Source of the DNA: Candidatus Micrarchaeota archaeon
GTDB lineage: Archaea; Micrarchaeota; Micrarchaeia; Norongarragalinales; SBBD01
Reading direction: 5' to 3'
Length of the DNA: 26,824 bases
NCBI GenBank assembly: GCA_038046605.1
Contig: JBBSVW010000002.1
Coordinates: 1-26,824 of the forward strand
Within the stretch, counting starts at the first letter, position 1. The number at the start of each line of letters is the position of its first letter. The notes under the pieces are model-generated. The model was not told the origin of the DNA. It ran no database searches and saw only the letters and a list, made by a program, of their open reading frames with translations. Below are positions 1-8,037 of this stretch, piece by piece. Both the position numbers and the translations under genes were made by a program.

Positions 1-1
1 G

Positions 2-226
2 GGCGCTTCTGAAGCTGCTCTCCAATTAAAGGCGTTCAATTCCGCGGAGCAGCTAATGCTTGTGAAAAGCTCACTTGCCTCCCACCAAAAGGTAATTGCG
101 GCACTTGCGCTCAAAAACACCTTCCGGGGAGAAAAGGTTGCAATCCGATCGCAGAAGGTGTATGGCACACTCGATAAGGCAAAAGTGCCTTTTCCTTCCC
201 TAAAAGAGCGAAAGGGTAAAAAATGA
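2..226 (+). CDS. rnp2: RNase P protein component Pop5/Rpp14 family, C-terminal part (5' end outside window)
   Basis: Manual translation of frame 2 is open from the window edge to TGA at 224-226: GASEAALQLKAFNSAEQLMLVKSSLASHQKVIAALALKNTFRGEKVAIRSQKVYGTLDKA. This fits the archaeal Pop5 C-terminal pattern (AAL.L.....GE.V.IR...V.GT..KA). Not in the ORF track. Confidence 0.75.
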   Translation, partial: GASEAALQLKAFNSAEQLMLVKSSLASHQKVIAALALKNTFRGEKVAIRSQKVYGTLDKAKVPFPSLKERKGKK

Positions 227-245
227 CGGAATTGCTATAACGTTC

Positions 246-1037
246 ATGGCTAAAAAGTTCGCCCTGGTGCTGGCGCTTATTTTGTTTTTCCAAATCGCTA
301 GTGCAGCCTACACCTCATATGTCGATGTTAGGGAGTACATCCCAAATGAATTCAAGTACATTCCAAGGGAGGCAGTTAAGCCACAAGTTAAGCCCCAAAC
401 AAAGCCGCAGGCTAAACCGGATGGCGGAACACAAACAAATCCGGGTGGTGGAGGGGCAACCAAGCCAGGATCAAATCCGGCGGTTAAACCCGGAAGCACC
501 AATGGAAATTCGGATAATGAGGCGGGGGGAATGGCAACAGTTCAGTCAGGCAAAAATATTGATTATTTATCCCCCCTCAATTGCGCAAATGCGGTAAGCA
601 CATCTGATTGCAATGCGATCAAGTCAAGCCTTCGCACCTATTCGGAGAAAAATTTCCCGTATATCTGCAAAAACACATTTACCCCGGAAAAATGGGCATT
701 GGTTTTGTATTGGCAATTATATGCCGAAAGCACCTTCAACAGGTACGCATATCCATCAGGCAGCTCAGCTAGGGGGATATGCCAATTTTTGAGGGAGACA
801 GCCTTAGAATATCACTTATACGACCCCATGGATGATGCAGAATGCATAAGGGCAATGTCGGAATACATGAGGGACCTTGCCCAAAAGCCACAAACCAAAT
901 GTGATCTTGACCTTACAGTAGCTGCTTACCACGTCGGACCAAATGGGGATATTCGAAGGGGCGAAATTTCAGCAAAAGGCCAACAATATGTGAACAAGAT
1001 TTTGCCACAGGTCGAATCCACAATTTCCAACGCCTAG
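246..1037 (+). CDS. Secreted SLT-domain (lysozyme-like) lytic transglycosylase homolog
   Basis: Sec signal peptide MAKKFALVLALILFFQIASA, then a KPQ/G-rich linker. SLT motifs follow: AESTFN (catalytic Glu-Ser), ARGICQFLRETA (cf. A.GLMQ.MP.TA), DPMD..CI..M.EY and AAYHVG (cf. AAYNAG). Confidence 0.8.
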   Translation: MAKKFALVLALILFFQIASAAYTSYVDVREYIPNEFKYIPREAVKPQVKPQTKPQAKPDGGTQTNPGGGGATKPGSNPAVKPGSTNGNSDNEAGGMATVQSGKNIDYLSPLNCANAVSTSDCNAIKSSLRTYSEKNFPYICKNTFTPEKWALVLYWQLYAESTFNRYAYPSGSSARGICQFLRETALEYHLYDPMDDAECIRAMSEYMRDLAQKPQTKCDLDLTVAAYHVGPNGDIRRGEISAKGQQYVNKILPQVESTISNA

Positions 1038-1999
1038 GCAGCCTTTTTCCCAAGAAGCATTATCTGTGCAAGCAGCGCCTCAAGCTGGATGCGCTCATTT
1101 GCTCCCTCGACCATGCGGAAATCATATTCGCCAACCTTGTCAACCAGCATTACTTTTTCCTTGTCCCCAATTTCCATCTTGGTGATCTCACGGAATATCT
1201 GCAAAATAACTTCCTCACCCGACATTCCATACCTTAGCATGATCTCATCCAGCATCTTGCGTGCATCGGTAAATGAGCCATTGAGGGCTAGGTGGACCAT
1301 CTTTTCAACTTCCTCTGGCCTTGCCCTTGAAGCTATCTTGAAGATTTCCTCCGAGGTGATTTTATCCGAAACGGAAGCGGCGCCCTGCATCGTATTGATC
1401 AGCTTGCGTGCATCCCCCTCGGCAACGTAGAGCAGCGCCTCCTGCGCCTTTTGGTCGATTTTGAGATTTTCGCCTTGGGTTATTACCCCTAACATTTTCC
1501 TAAGATCCGCTTCCTGGAGCCTTGAAAACCTAAAAACCGCGCACCTGCTTTGCAACGGCTCTATTATGCGCGAGGAGTAATTGCAGGAGAGCACAAACCG
1601 GGTTGTGGTGGAATATTTTTCCATGGTCCGGCGAAGGGCCTGCTGCGCATCGGCCGTAAGTGCATCCGCCTCATCCAGGAAGATGATTTTGAAGGGTACG
1701 GATGTGAGCGAAAGGGTGCGGGCAAAATCCTTGATTTTGGTTCGGACAACATCAATCCCGCGCTCATCGCTGGCATTTAGCTCAAGGAAGCACTGCTGGA
1801 AATTTTCCCCAAATAACTCGTGCGCAAAGGCGAGTGCACATGAGGTTTTGCCAGAGCCAGCGGGGCCGGCAAATAGGAGGTGAGGAGGGTTCTTGTTCTT
1901 GACAAAGGCCCTTAGTTGGCCGGTAATGGCATCATTGCCAACAACATCCGTTAGCGTTTTAGGCCTGTATTTTTCGACCCACGGCGTGAATTCGGACAT
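1034..1999 (-). CDS. rfcS: Replication factor C small subunit (clamp loader)
   Basis: PWVEKYRP, Walker A GPAGSGKT, LELNASDERG, Walker B IIFLDEAD and the SRC motif. Start moved to ATG 1999 (MSEFTPW). No intein. Confidence 0.97.
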   Translation of the reverse strand: MSEFTPWVEKYRPKTLTDVVGNDAITGQLRAFVKNKNPPHLLFAGPAGSGKTSCALAFAHELFGENFQQCFLELNASDERGIDVVRTKIKDFARTLSLTSVPFKIIFLDEADALTADAQQALRRTMEKYSTTTRFVLSCNYSSRIIEPLQSRCAVFRFSRLQEADLRKMLGVITQGENLKIDQKAQEALLYVAEGDARKLINTMQGAASVSDKITSEEIFKIASRARPEEVEKMVHLALNGSFTDARKMLDEIMLRYGMSGEEVILQIFREITKMEIGDKEKVMLVDKVGEYDFRMVEGANERIQLEALLAQIMLLGKKAA

Positions 2000-2115
2000 A
2001 AATTTGAAACCTCGAATAAAATGATCATTTACGTTAGGCGGCAATTGGCATAAAGCAAATAAAACCAACTCTTCCCATCCACAAAGCAAACTCCGATTAT
2101 TCCCAATTTAATTAT

Positions 2116-2652
2116 TTACCTGCTTTTCCTTGCCCTTCGCATGATAAAAAGCGCGGCAAAAATTATAAATGGGAGCAGTAGGGGGGAAATTTCCGGAACG
2201 GTGAACTGGCCCTGGAAGGATTTCCTATCCCGGATGCACTGGTATTCGGCGGAGACAATATCTACCGGGCCCAAGGTCGCATTGACAATGTAGGCGGTCA
2301 CATTGTACTTTTGGGTAATCGGGGTTACGAGGTTGAATTTCCAGTAGCCGGGATTGCCAACCGGATCGCATGTGCAGGACTCTATATCCGCGGTTTGGCC
2401 ATTGACCAACACCTTGAATGCCGGCACCGCTCCGCCGATGCAGTATTTGTCGGCAGTGGGACCAAGATTTCCACAGCTCGCGTCAGGCGCAGCGCCCGCA
2501 ACTGAAATGTAGATGTTGGCGGAAAGGCTGGTGTTGTCCTGGTTGAAGACGGATGGGCAGCTCATGAAGACCGAATCGGCCCTTGCATTCAAAGCCAAGG
2601 CTAATAAAATTAGGGAAAAACTAAAAACCAGCCTTCGCGATAAACCGCCCAT
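2116..2652 (-). CDS. Secreted protein with PEF-CTERM-like C-terminal sorting signal
   Basis: Signal peptide ending ARA-DS, 6 Cys and N-glycosylation sequons (NTS, NVT, NAT). C-terminus VPEISPLLLPFIIFAALFIMRRARKSR is a motif, a TM helix and a basic tail. Confidence 0.7.
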   Translation of the reverse strand: MGGLSRRLVFSFSLILLALALNARADSVFMSCPSVFNQDNTSLSANIYISVAGAAPDASCGNLGPTADKYCIGGAVPAFKVLVNGQTADIESCTCDPVGNPGYWKFNLVTPITQKYNVTAYIVNATLGPVDIVSAEYQCIRDRKSFQGQFTVPEISPLLLPFIIFAALFIMRRARKSR

Positions 2653-2673
2653 GCTTGATGAACGAACGCGATG

Positions 2674-2681
2674 TATTTAAA
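2674..2681 (-). promoter_or_regulatory. TATA box (TTTAAATA) of the PEF-CTERM-like gene, probably leaderless mRNA
   Basis: TTTAAATA on the minus strand ends 22 nt before ATG 2652, with A-rich BRE-like sequence upstream. Confidence 0.5.
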
Positions 2682-2697
2682 GTTTGTTTTATGCGCG

Positions 2698-2811
2698 CTA
2701 GAGCTCTCCTACCCTGCGCTTCATCTTCTTCTTGAGCCTGCGCCTGCGTTTTCTTATCCATTTCCAGCGCATGTGGCCCTTTTTTTTCCATTTTCTTGGG
2801 CGTGAGCCCAT
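2698..2811 (-). CDS. rpl41e: Ribosomal protein L41e (eL41/eS32), 37 aa
   Basis: Manual translation: [37 protein letters not shown], containing the archaeal L41e core [21 protein letters not shown]. Shine-Dalgarno GGTGAT (2823-2818) lies 6 nt upstream. Confidence 0.92.
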   Translation of the reverse strand: MGSRPRKWKKKGHMRWKWIRKRRRRLKKKMKRRVGEL

Positions 2812-2919
2812 AAACATATCACCAAATTACATTTCCTAATTAACCATTTCCGTCTGCAATGAAAGAAAATGCGGGTTCCTTTGCCTTGACAACCGATTGA
2901 ATAGGGGGTTTGGGCATCC

Positions 2920-2956
2920 GACCAAACTAAGGGGGATATGCCCCCTTGGGTTGGTC
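2920..2956. repeat. Imperfect 16-bp inverted repeat (hairpin) between divergent rpl41e and ahcY
   Basis: GACCAAACTAAGGGGG-ATATG-CCCCCTTGGGTTGGTC; the arms differ at 2 of 16 positions. Confidence 0.75.
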
Positions 2957-2990
2957 ATCTAAACGTGATGCATCATTTTCGCTGAATACA

Positions 2991-2998
2991 TTTATATA
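2991..2998 (+). promoter_or_regulatory. TATA box TTTATATA upstream of ahcY (reads TATATAAA on the minus strand, possibly bidirectional)
   Basis: Consensus archaeal TATA box 46 nt before ATG 3045. Shine-Dalgarno GAGGGTGA at 3030-3037. Confidence 0.6.
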
Positions 2999-3044
2999 CG
3001 TTCGTAGCCCAAAGAATTCGCTGATTTTAGAGGGTGAAACTATC

Positions 3045-4298
3045 ATGAAACACTCAGTCAAAGACTTGTTAATGGCCAAGGATGGGCTAATGAAAATAGA
3101 ATTTGCCCAGGAGCACATGCCAGTGCTCATGAAAATTAGGGAGCGCTTTACCAAGGAAAAACCGCTAAAGGGGCTAAAAATTGGCGCTTGCCTTCATGTG
3201 ACAAAGGAAACGGCGGTTTTGATGAGAACCCTTCGTGCGGGTGGGGCGCAGGTTGCGCTTTGCGCCTCAAATCCGCTTAGCACCCAGGATGATGTGGCGG
3301 CGGCATTGGCATCCGAGGGGTTTGAAGTGCATGCGATTAGGGGCGTCGACAACACCGATTACTACAAGCATTTGAATGCGGTTTTGGATACGGGCCCAAA
3401 CATCACCCTCGATGATGGATGCGATGTGATTTCAACAATTCATTCGAAACGCAAAGAACTCCTGAAAAACGTGATTGGCGGGCAGGAGGAAACAACAACG
3501 GGTGTGATCCGGCTTCGCGCAATGGCAAAGGATGGGGAACTGAAATATCCGGTTATTGCGGTAAATGACACGCCAACAAAGCACATGTTTGATAATTACT
3601 ATGGTACCGGCGCATCCACACTCGATGGGATAATGCGCGCAACAAATATCCTAATGGCGGGTAAAACGGTTGTGATTGCGGGCTACGGTTACTGTGGTAA
3701 GGGAGTTGCCCTTCGGGCATCTGGAATGGGCGCCAAAGTAATCGTTACGGAAGTGGAAGCCGTTGAAGGGCTTCGCGCCCATATGGATGGATTTCGCGTC
3801 ATGAAAATGAGGGATGCCGCCAAAATCGGGGATATTTTCATCACACTAACGGGATGCAAGGATGTGATCACGGGCGCGCACTATCCGGAGATGAAAAACG
3901 GCGCAATAATTTGCAATTCGGGCCATTTTGATGTGGAAATTGATGTCAGGGGCCTTAGGAAAACAGCCAAGAAATACGAAACCGTCCGCCCAAATTTGGA
4001 AAAATACACATTCGCAAATGGCAAATGGCTCTATTTGATCGGAGAGGGGCGGCTTGTCAATTTGGCGGCTGCGGAGGGGCATTCCTCGGAGGTAATGGAT
4101 CTATCGTTCTCTGATCAGGCGCTCGTAAGCGAGTATTTGGCAAAGAATGCAAAGAATCTCAAGGCAGGAGTGCATGAGGTTCCGGTTGAAATCGATGATT
4201 GGGTTGCCAAACTCAAATTGGAAGCGCTTGGGGCGGAACTGGATGTTTTGACGCAAGAGCAAAAAAAATACCTGGAGAGCTGGCAGGAAGGGACCTGA
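3045..4298 (+). CDS. ahcY: S-adenosylhomocysteine hydrolase (adenosylhomocysteinase)
   Basis: GACLH, ASNPLSTQDDV, EETTTG, NAD-binding GYGYCGKG, GHFDVEI and GRLVNL motifs. Start set at ATG 3045, after the Shine-Dalgarno site. Confidence 0.97.
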   Translation: MKHSVKDLLMAKDGLMKIEFAQEHMPVLMKIRERFTKEKPLKGLKIGACLHVTKETAVLMRTLRAGGAQVALCASNPLSTQDDVAAALASEGFEVHAIRGVDNTDYYKHLNAVLDTGPNITLDDGCDVISTIHSKRKELLKNVIGGQEETTTGVIRLRAMAKDGELKYPVIAVNDTPTKHMFDNYYGTGASTLDGIMRATNILMAGKTVVIAGYGYCGKGVALRASGMGAKVIVTEVEAVEGLRAHMDGFRVMKMRDAAKIGDIFITLTGCKDVITGAHYPEMKNGAIICNSGHFDVEIDVRGLRKTAKKYETVRPNLEKYTFANGKWLYLIGEGRLVNLAAAEGHSSEVMDLSFSDQALVSEYLAKNAKNLKAGVHEVPVEIDDWVAKLKLEALGAELDVLTQEQKKYLESWQEGT

Positions 4299-4547
4299 GG
4301 TAAATTTTCCAATAATACTTCAATATTTCGCAATTCGCAGAGCTAAATAAGGGGGGTAGAGGCGATGCACGAATTGATTGGCAATTCGGAAATTAGTAGA
4401 GGCAGACTCTACGAAACACAGTAGGGGGGATCCCCTATAGGTGTCATTTAAATATCTTTTTTTGCTATCTTAGAGTGCGTATAGCTGATTTTTAGCAGCA
4501 AAATTCTCACTAGTGGGGAAATGAACCTTTAGAAAGTGGATCTCAAT

Positions 4548-4883
4548 ATGGATAAGCACAATAATTCTACGGAAAAGGAGTTCTCAAAGAGCCTTGAGGA
4601 TCTCAAATCCGGCGAGGAGGAGGCCAAAGGGGAAATTGAGCGCGCAACCAAGAGGAAGGAGGAGATGATCACGCAGACAAGGATGGATGCCGTAAAATTG
4701 CAGGAGGAGGCAATCCAGGATGCAGCCATGGAAAAGGAAAAGCTTATTGCAAAGGGCATAAAGGAAATTGAAAGGGAGGTCGCATCAATCATTGAAAAGG
4801 CGGACAGGGAGGCGGACAAGGTCAGGAAAACGGCTAAGCCCAAAGAGGCGGCAAACAAGATGGCAACAAATTTCTTTAATTAA
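4548..4883 (+). CDS. atpH: A-type ATP synthase subunit H (G-like peripheral stalk)
   Basis: E/K/A-rich coiled-coil protein of 111 aa directly upstream of subunit I, the canonical position. Sequence evidence alone is weak. Confidence 0.7.
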   Translation: MDKHNNSTEKEFSKSLEDLKSGEEEAKGEIERATKRKEEMITQTRMDAVKLQEEAIQDAAMEKEKLIAKGIKEIEREVASIIEKADREADKVRKTAKPKEAANKMATNFFN

Positions 4884-4980
4884 TTGGAATTAAGGGCGAC
4901 GAATGGAAAGAATTGGGTTTTGTCGCTAAAAAACCGCTTGTTTAAATCAAATTGCCCAAAATTCATCAGGATGAAAAAAT

Positions 4981-6870
4981 ATGCTCACATTGGAAAAAAT
5001 GCGCAAGATCCGCGTGATCGTCCCAAGGGACAATCTGAAGGAGGCGGTCAAGGCGCTTTACGATTTTGGCGCCATTCAGGTTCAAGAATGCAAAACCGCG
5101 CAGCTGGATACGCCTCTTGCCGATTTCCAGGATGTTTCAGAAATGCTAATACGCCTGCGGGCGGAGGAGAGGCAATTTAATTTGCTTGGAAGCGTAAAGG
5201 CAAGGGACGCGCCGATGGAGGATATGCGCCAGCGATTATTGGCGCTTGATTTTGAGGCGCTTGATGAAAAGAGGCGCGAGCTTTCGCAATTGGAATCCCA
5301 AATCAGCCAGCTTGGGGAGGCAAAGGAGAGGCTTTTACCCTTCCGCAACCTGAATGTCGACATTTCCAAACTGAAATCCGCCAGGCTGAACATGCTCTAC
5401 TTCGAGCTTAAGCACGCCGCCGAAAGAAACCTAACAGATGGCCTGAAAAAGATCCCATCCGAACTGCTCTTTGTCGAGGATGGCAGGCGCAAATTCGCGC
5501 TTTTGGCATACGATTCAAGGCACCAGGAACGCGCAATGCCAGTTGCCCAAAAGGCGGCAGCGGCCTTCTTTGAAATTCCGGCAGCTGAAAGGGGGTTTTC
5601 GCAGGAGATTTCAATAATTGATGGTGAAATTTCGGGCCTTGTGGCCAAATCCCAACAACTCAAAAAATGGCTGGAGGATTACAAGGAAAGGAACGGGCAG
5701 GAAATCCTTAGGCTCAAGGAATCCCTCAAAATAGCGTCCCTCAAATCAGAACTTCCATTCAAGTTTGGCAGGACCGATTACTTTTCAGTTGCGGAGGGCT
5801 GGATCGAGGATGCGAATTTCGATGCGTTTTGCTTCCGTGTTTCGGGGATGGAAAGCGCCCTGGTGGAGAGTGTCAGGACAAGCGAAGTGCCCCCATCCAA
5901 GCTCAAAAACCCCAAATTAATTAGGCCCTTCCAATTCATGATTGAGTTCTTTTCACTCCCGAAAAGCTACGAGCTCGACCCCACGCTATTCATTGCAATC
6001 ACCTACCCGATATTCTTTGGGATGATCATGGGCGATATCGGCTACGGAATGCTTAGCCTATTCATCGCGCTTGGAATCAAGCTTAAAACAAAAAGCGAGG
6101 CGCTGCAGCGGCTTGGGGGAATGCTCGCGCTATCCGCGGTCTCCTCTATTTTCTTCGGGCTTGTTTTTGCGGAGTTCTTTGGTCTTGAGCACATCTTTGG
6201 GATGGAAATGCACCCCCTCATTCACCGCTCAAGGGATGTCACGGAGCTGATGAACATCGCAATCCTAGTCGGCGTCATGCATTTGGCGCTTGGATACATA
6301 ATCAGCATCGCAACCAACGCAATGCACGGGCACAAAAAGCACGCTTTTGGGAAGCTAGGATGGCTATTGATTGAGATTTCCCTTGTTGCATCTGTTGTGG
6401 GATCCGTGGAAATATCACTGCTTGGGATTTTCAAGCCGCTATCCGCAATCTACCCCATGCCATTTGCGGGCATTGGCCTTCTTGCCGGAATCATCCTTGT
6501 CGCAGTCATGGAAGGCCCAACGCACCTGATGGAGCTGCCTTCACTTCTTGCAAACATCCTCTCATACCTAAGGATTGCTGCGCTTGGGCTTTCGGGCGTC
6601 ATCATAGCCATGATCATAAACCAATTGCCGGTTGATTTCGATGGGTTCTTTGCCATGATCACGCTGGCAAGGCCTTTTGATGCCGGCGCATTCCTGGCAT
6701 TCATATTTTTCGCATCCATCTTCATCCTAGGCCATATCGGCGCGCTTGTGATTGCAATCGTGGAATCCGGGATCCAAAGCCTTAGGCTCCACTACGTGGA
6801 GTTCTTCAGCAAGTTCTACGAGGGCGGCGGGCTGCCGTTCGTGCCGCTTAGGAAAATGGAAAAAGGATAG
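4981..6870 (+). CDS. atpI: A-type ATP synthase subunit I (a)
   Basis: Soluble N-terminal half, then P.SYELDPT, PIFFGMIMGDIGYG, SYLRIAALGLS (essential Arg) and LRLHYVEFFSKFYEGGG. Confidence 0.96.
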   Translation: MLTLEKMRKIRVIVPRDNLKEAVKALYDFGAIQVQECKTAQLDTPLADFQDVSEMLIRLRAEERQFNLLGSVKARDAPMEDMRQRLLALDFEALDEKRRELSQLESQISQLGEAKERLLPFRNLNVDISKLKSARLNMLYFELKHAAERNLTDGLKKIPSELLFVEDGRRKFALLAYDSRHQERAMPVAQKAAAAFFEIPAAERGFSQEISIIDGEISGLVAKSQQLKKWLEDYKERNGQEILRLKESLKIASLKSELPFKFGRTDYFSVAEGWIEDANFDAFCFRVSGMESALVESVRTSEVPPSKLKNPKLIRPFQFMIEFFSLPKSYELDPTLFIAITYPIFFGMIMGDIGYGMLSLFIALGIKLKTKSEALQRLGGMLALSAVSSIFFGLVFAEFFGLEHIFGMEMHPLIHRSRDVTELMNIAILVGVMHLALGYIISIATNAMHGHKKHAFGKLGWLLIEISLVASVVGSVEISLLGIFKPLSAIYPMPFAGIGLLAGIILVAVMEGPTHLMELPSLLANILSYLRIAALGLSGVIIAMIINQLPVDFDGFFAMITLARPFDAGAFLAFIFFASIFILGHIGALVIAIVESGIQSLRLHYVEFFSKFYEGGGLPFVPLRKMEKG

Positions 6871-6880
6871 GCGATTTTGC

Positions 6881-6898
6881 CCCCCTTGGGTTGGTCAT
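6881..6898 (+). repeat. 18-bp exact repeat CCCCCTTGGGTTGGTCAT (other copy at 2941-2958)
   Basis: Direct comparison shows an identical 18-mer in two intergenic regions 3.9 kb apart. Confidence 0.85.
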
Positions 6899-6986
6899 TA
6901 AAAGTTTATGTTGCATAGTATTGCAATATTCAGGTCAGCGGAAATTTCATGTTTACGCTTCTTCTTATGAAGAGCGAGGTGGTTTA

Positions 6987-7211
6987 ATGGTAGAGGTTGG
7001 AAGTGGAATGGTCGCGCTTGGCGCCGCCATTGCAATTGGTGCCAGCGCGCTAGGAACAGCCCTTGCACAAAAATCAATCGGATCCGCAGGGATTGGGCTC
7101 ATGGCGGAAAAGGAAGGCCAGTTCAATAACGTTTTGATCTTCCTTGCGCTGCCCGAGACTATCGTGATCCTTGGCTTCGTCGTGGCATTCCTTATGCTTA
7201 ACAAGGTCTAG
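6987..7211 (+). CDS. atpK: A-type ATP synthase subunit K (c, proteolipid), single hairpin, 74 aa
   Basis: Two TM helices, AQKSIG and LPETIVILGF (ion-binding Glu). Shine-Dalgarno GAGGTGG at 6976-6982 supports ATG 6987. Confidence 0.93.
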   Translation: MVEVGSGMVALGAAIAIGASALGTALAQKSIGSAGIGLMAEKEGQFNNVLIFLALPETIVILGFVVAFLMLNKV

Positions 7212-7223
7212 GTGCGCGACGTT

Positions 7224-7790
7224 ATGAGTCTAGAAGCGCTGCGGCAGGAGCTTAGGAAGAAAAGCGCCACGGAGGCGGCGGGGATCGAATCCGTTGGAAA
7301 AGCGGAAGCTAGGAAAATCCGTGATGAAGCCAAAAAGGATGTGGATTTACGCCTTGAGAAGGCGCAGGAGGAAGCTTTGGCAAGCGTTGAAATGGAAAAG
7401 ATGCGGATACCAGCCGCTAGGCTAAAAGGCAGGCGCATCATCCAAGACGCAAAATACGAAATGGTCAAGGAATCGCTTAAGGAGCTTTCAAAACTGCTTG
7501 AAAAAAAAGCGCTTGGCAGGAAGGAATACGAAAGAATGCTTATTGGCCTTATAGAGGAGGGGATGAAGGCGCTTGGGATAAAGGAGGCGCTCATTTCCGT
7601 TCGCAAGCAGGATGCGCCAATCGCCAAAAAATACGGGAAGGTCAGGGAGATCGATTGCATCGGGGGCGCAATCATCGCCTCGCCGGATGGCAGGATGCGC
7701 ATTGATAGCACATTCGAGGCCCTAATTGAAAAAAGGAGGGGGGAGCTCGAGCAAAAGGCATTCGAGCTGATGTTCTCCAAAGAGAAATGA
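7224..7790 (+). CDS. atpE: A-type ATP synthase subunit E
   Basis: N-terminal coiled coil, C-terminal IDCIGGAIIASPDGRMRIDSTFEALI motif, and position after subunit K. Confidence 0.9.
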   Translation: MSLEALRQELRKKSATEAAGIESVGKAEARKIRDEAKKDVDLRLEKAQEEALASVEMEKMRIPAARLKGRRIIQDAKYEMVKESLKELSKLLEKKALGRKEYERMLIGLIEEGMKALGIKEALISVRKQDAPIAKKYGKVREIDCIGGAIIASPDGRMRIDSTFEALIEKRRGELEQKAFELMFSKEK

Positions 7791-7918
7791 ATTGCAGGCC
7801 AGGGGGAAAGCAGCGGTTTTATGATGTTAGCACATATGGCATAAATAAACCAAAAAGGCGGATGCGCCAATGGTAATTTCCAAACATCCCAAATGCGGTT
7901 CGCAAGCCAAAAACCCTT

Positions 7919-8012
7919 TATAGCGGTTAAGTAAAATAATGGAACAATCAAATATGACCGCTATATTAGAATAAGGCAACAAAAAGTTCCAATAATTGCC
8001 TTATTCGCTATA
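7919..8012. repeat. 94-bp element with nested, mutually exclusive inverted repeats in the atpE-atpC spacer
   Basis: Outer inverted repeat 7919-7945/7986-8012 (21/27 ungapped matches). Inner perfect inverted repeats 7919-7927/7957-7965 (9 bp) and 7969-7979/7996-8006 (11 bp). Confidence 0.75.
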
Positions 8013-8037
8013 TGCTTGAAAAAAGGCAGGATGAAAG

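Noticed and set aside
1034-1999. Intein in the RFC small subunit
   Set aside because: Length (321 aa) and motif spacing are those of an uninterrupted protein.
2820-3044. SAH or SAM riboswitch upstream of ahcY
   Set aside because: I could not find the SAH riboswitch consensus. The TATA box is only 46 nt before the start, leaving a very short leader, and the hairpin lies upstream of that promoter.
4884-5180. 98-aa ORF overlapping the start of atpI, and the many other alternative-frame or antisense ORFs in the track
   Set aside because: Shadow ORFs over well-supported genes, with no recognisable motifs.
7208-7951. 247-aa minus-strand ORF
   Set aside because: Mostly antisense to atpE, with the S/F/L-rich composition typical of the reverse of an E/K-rich gene.
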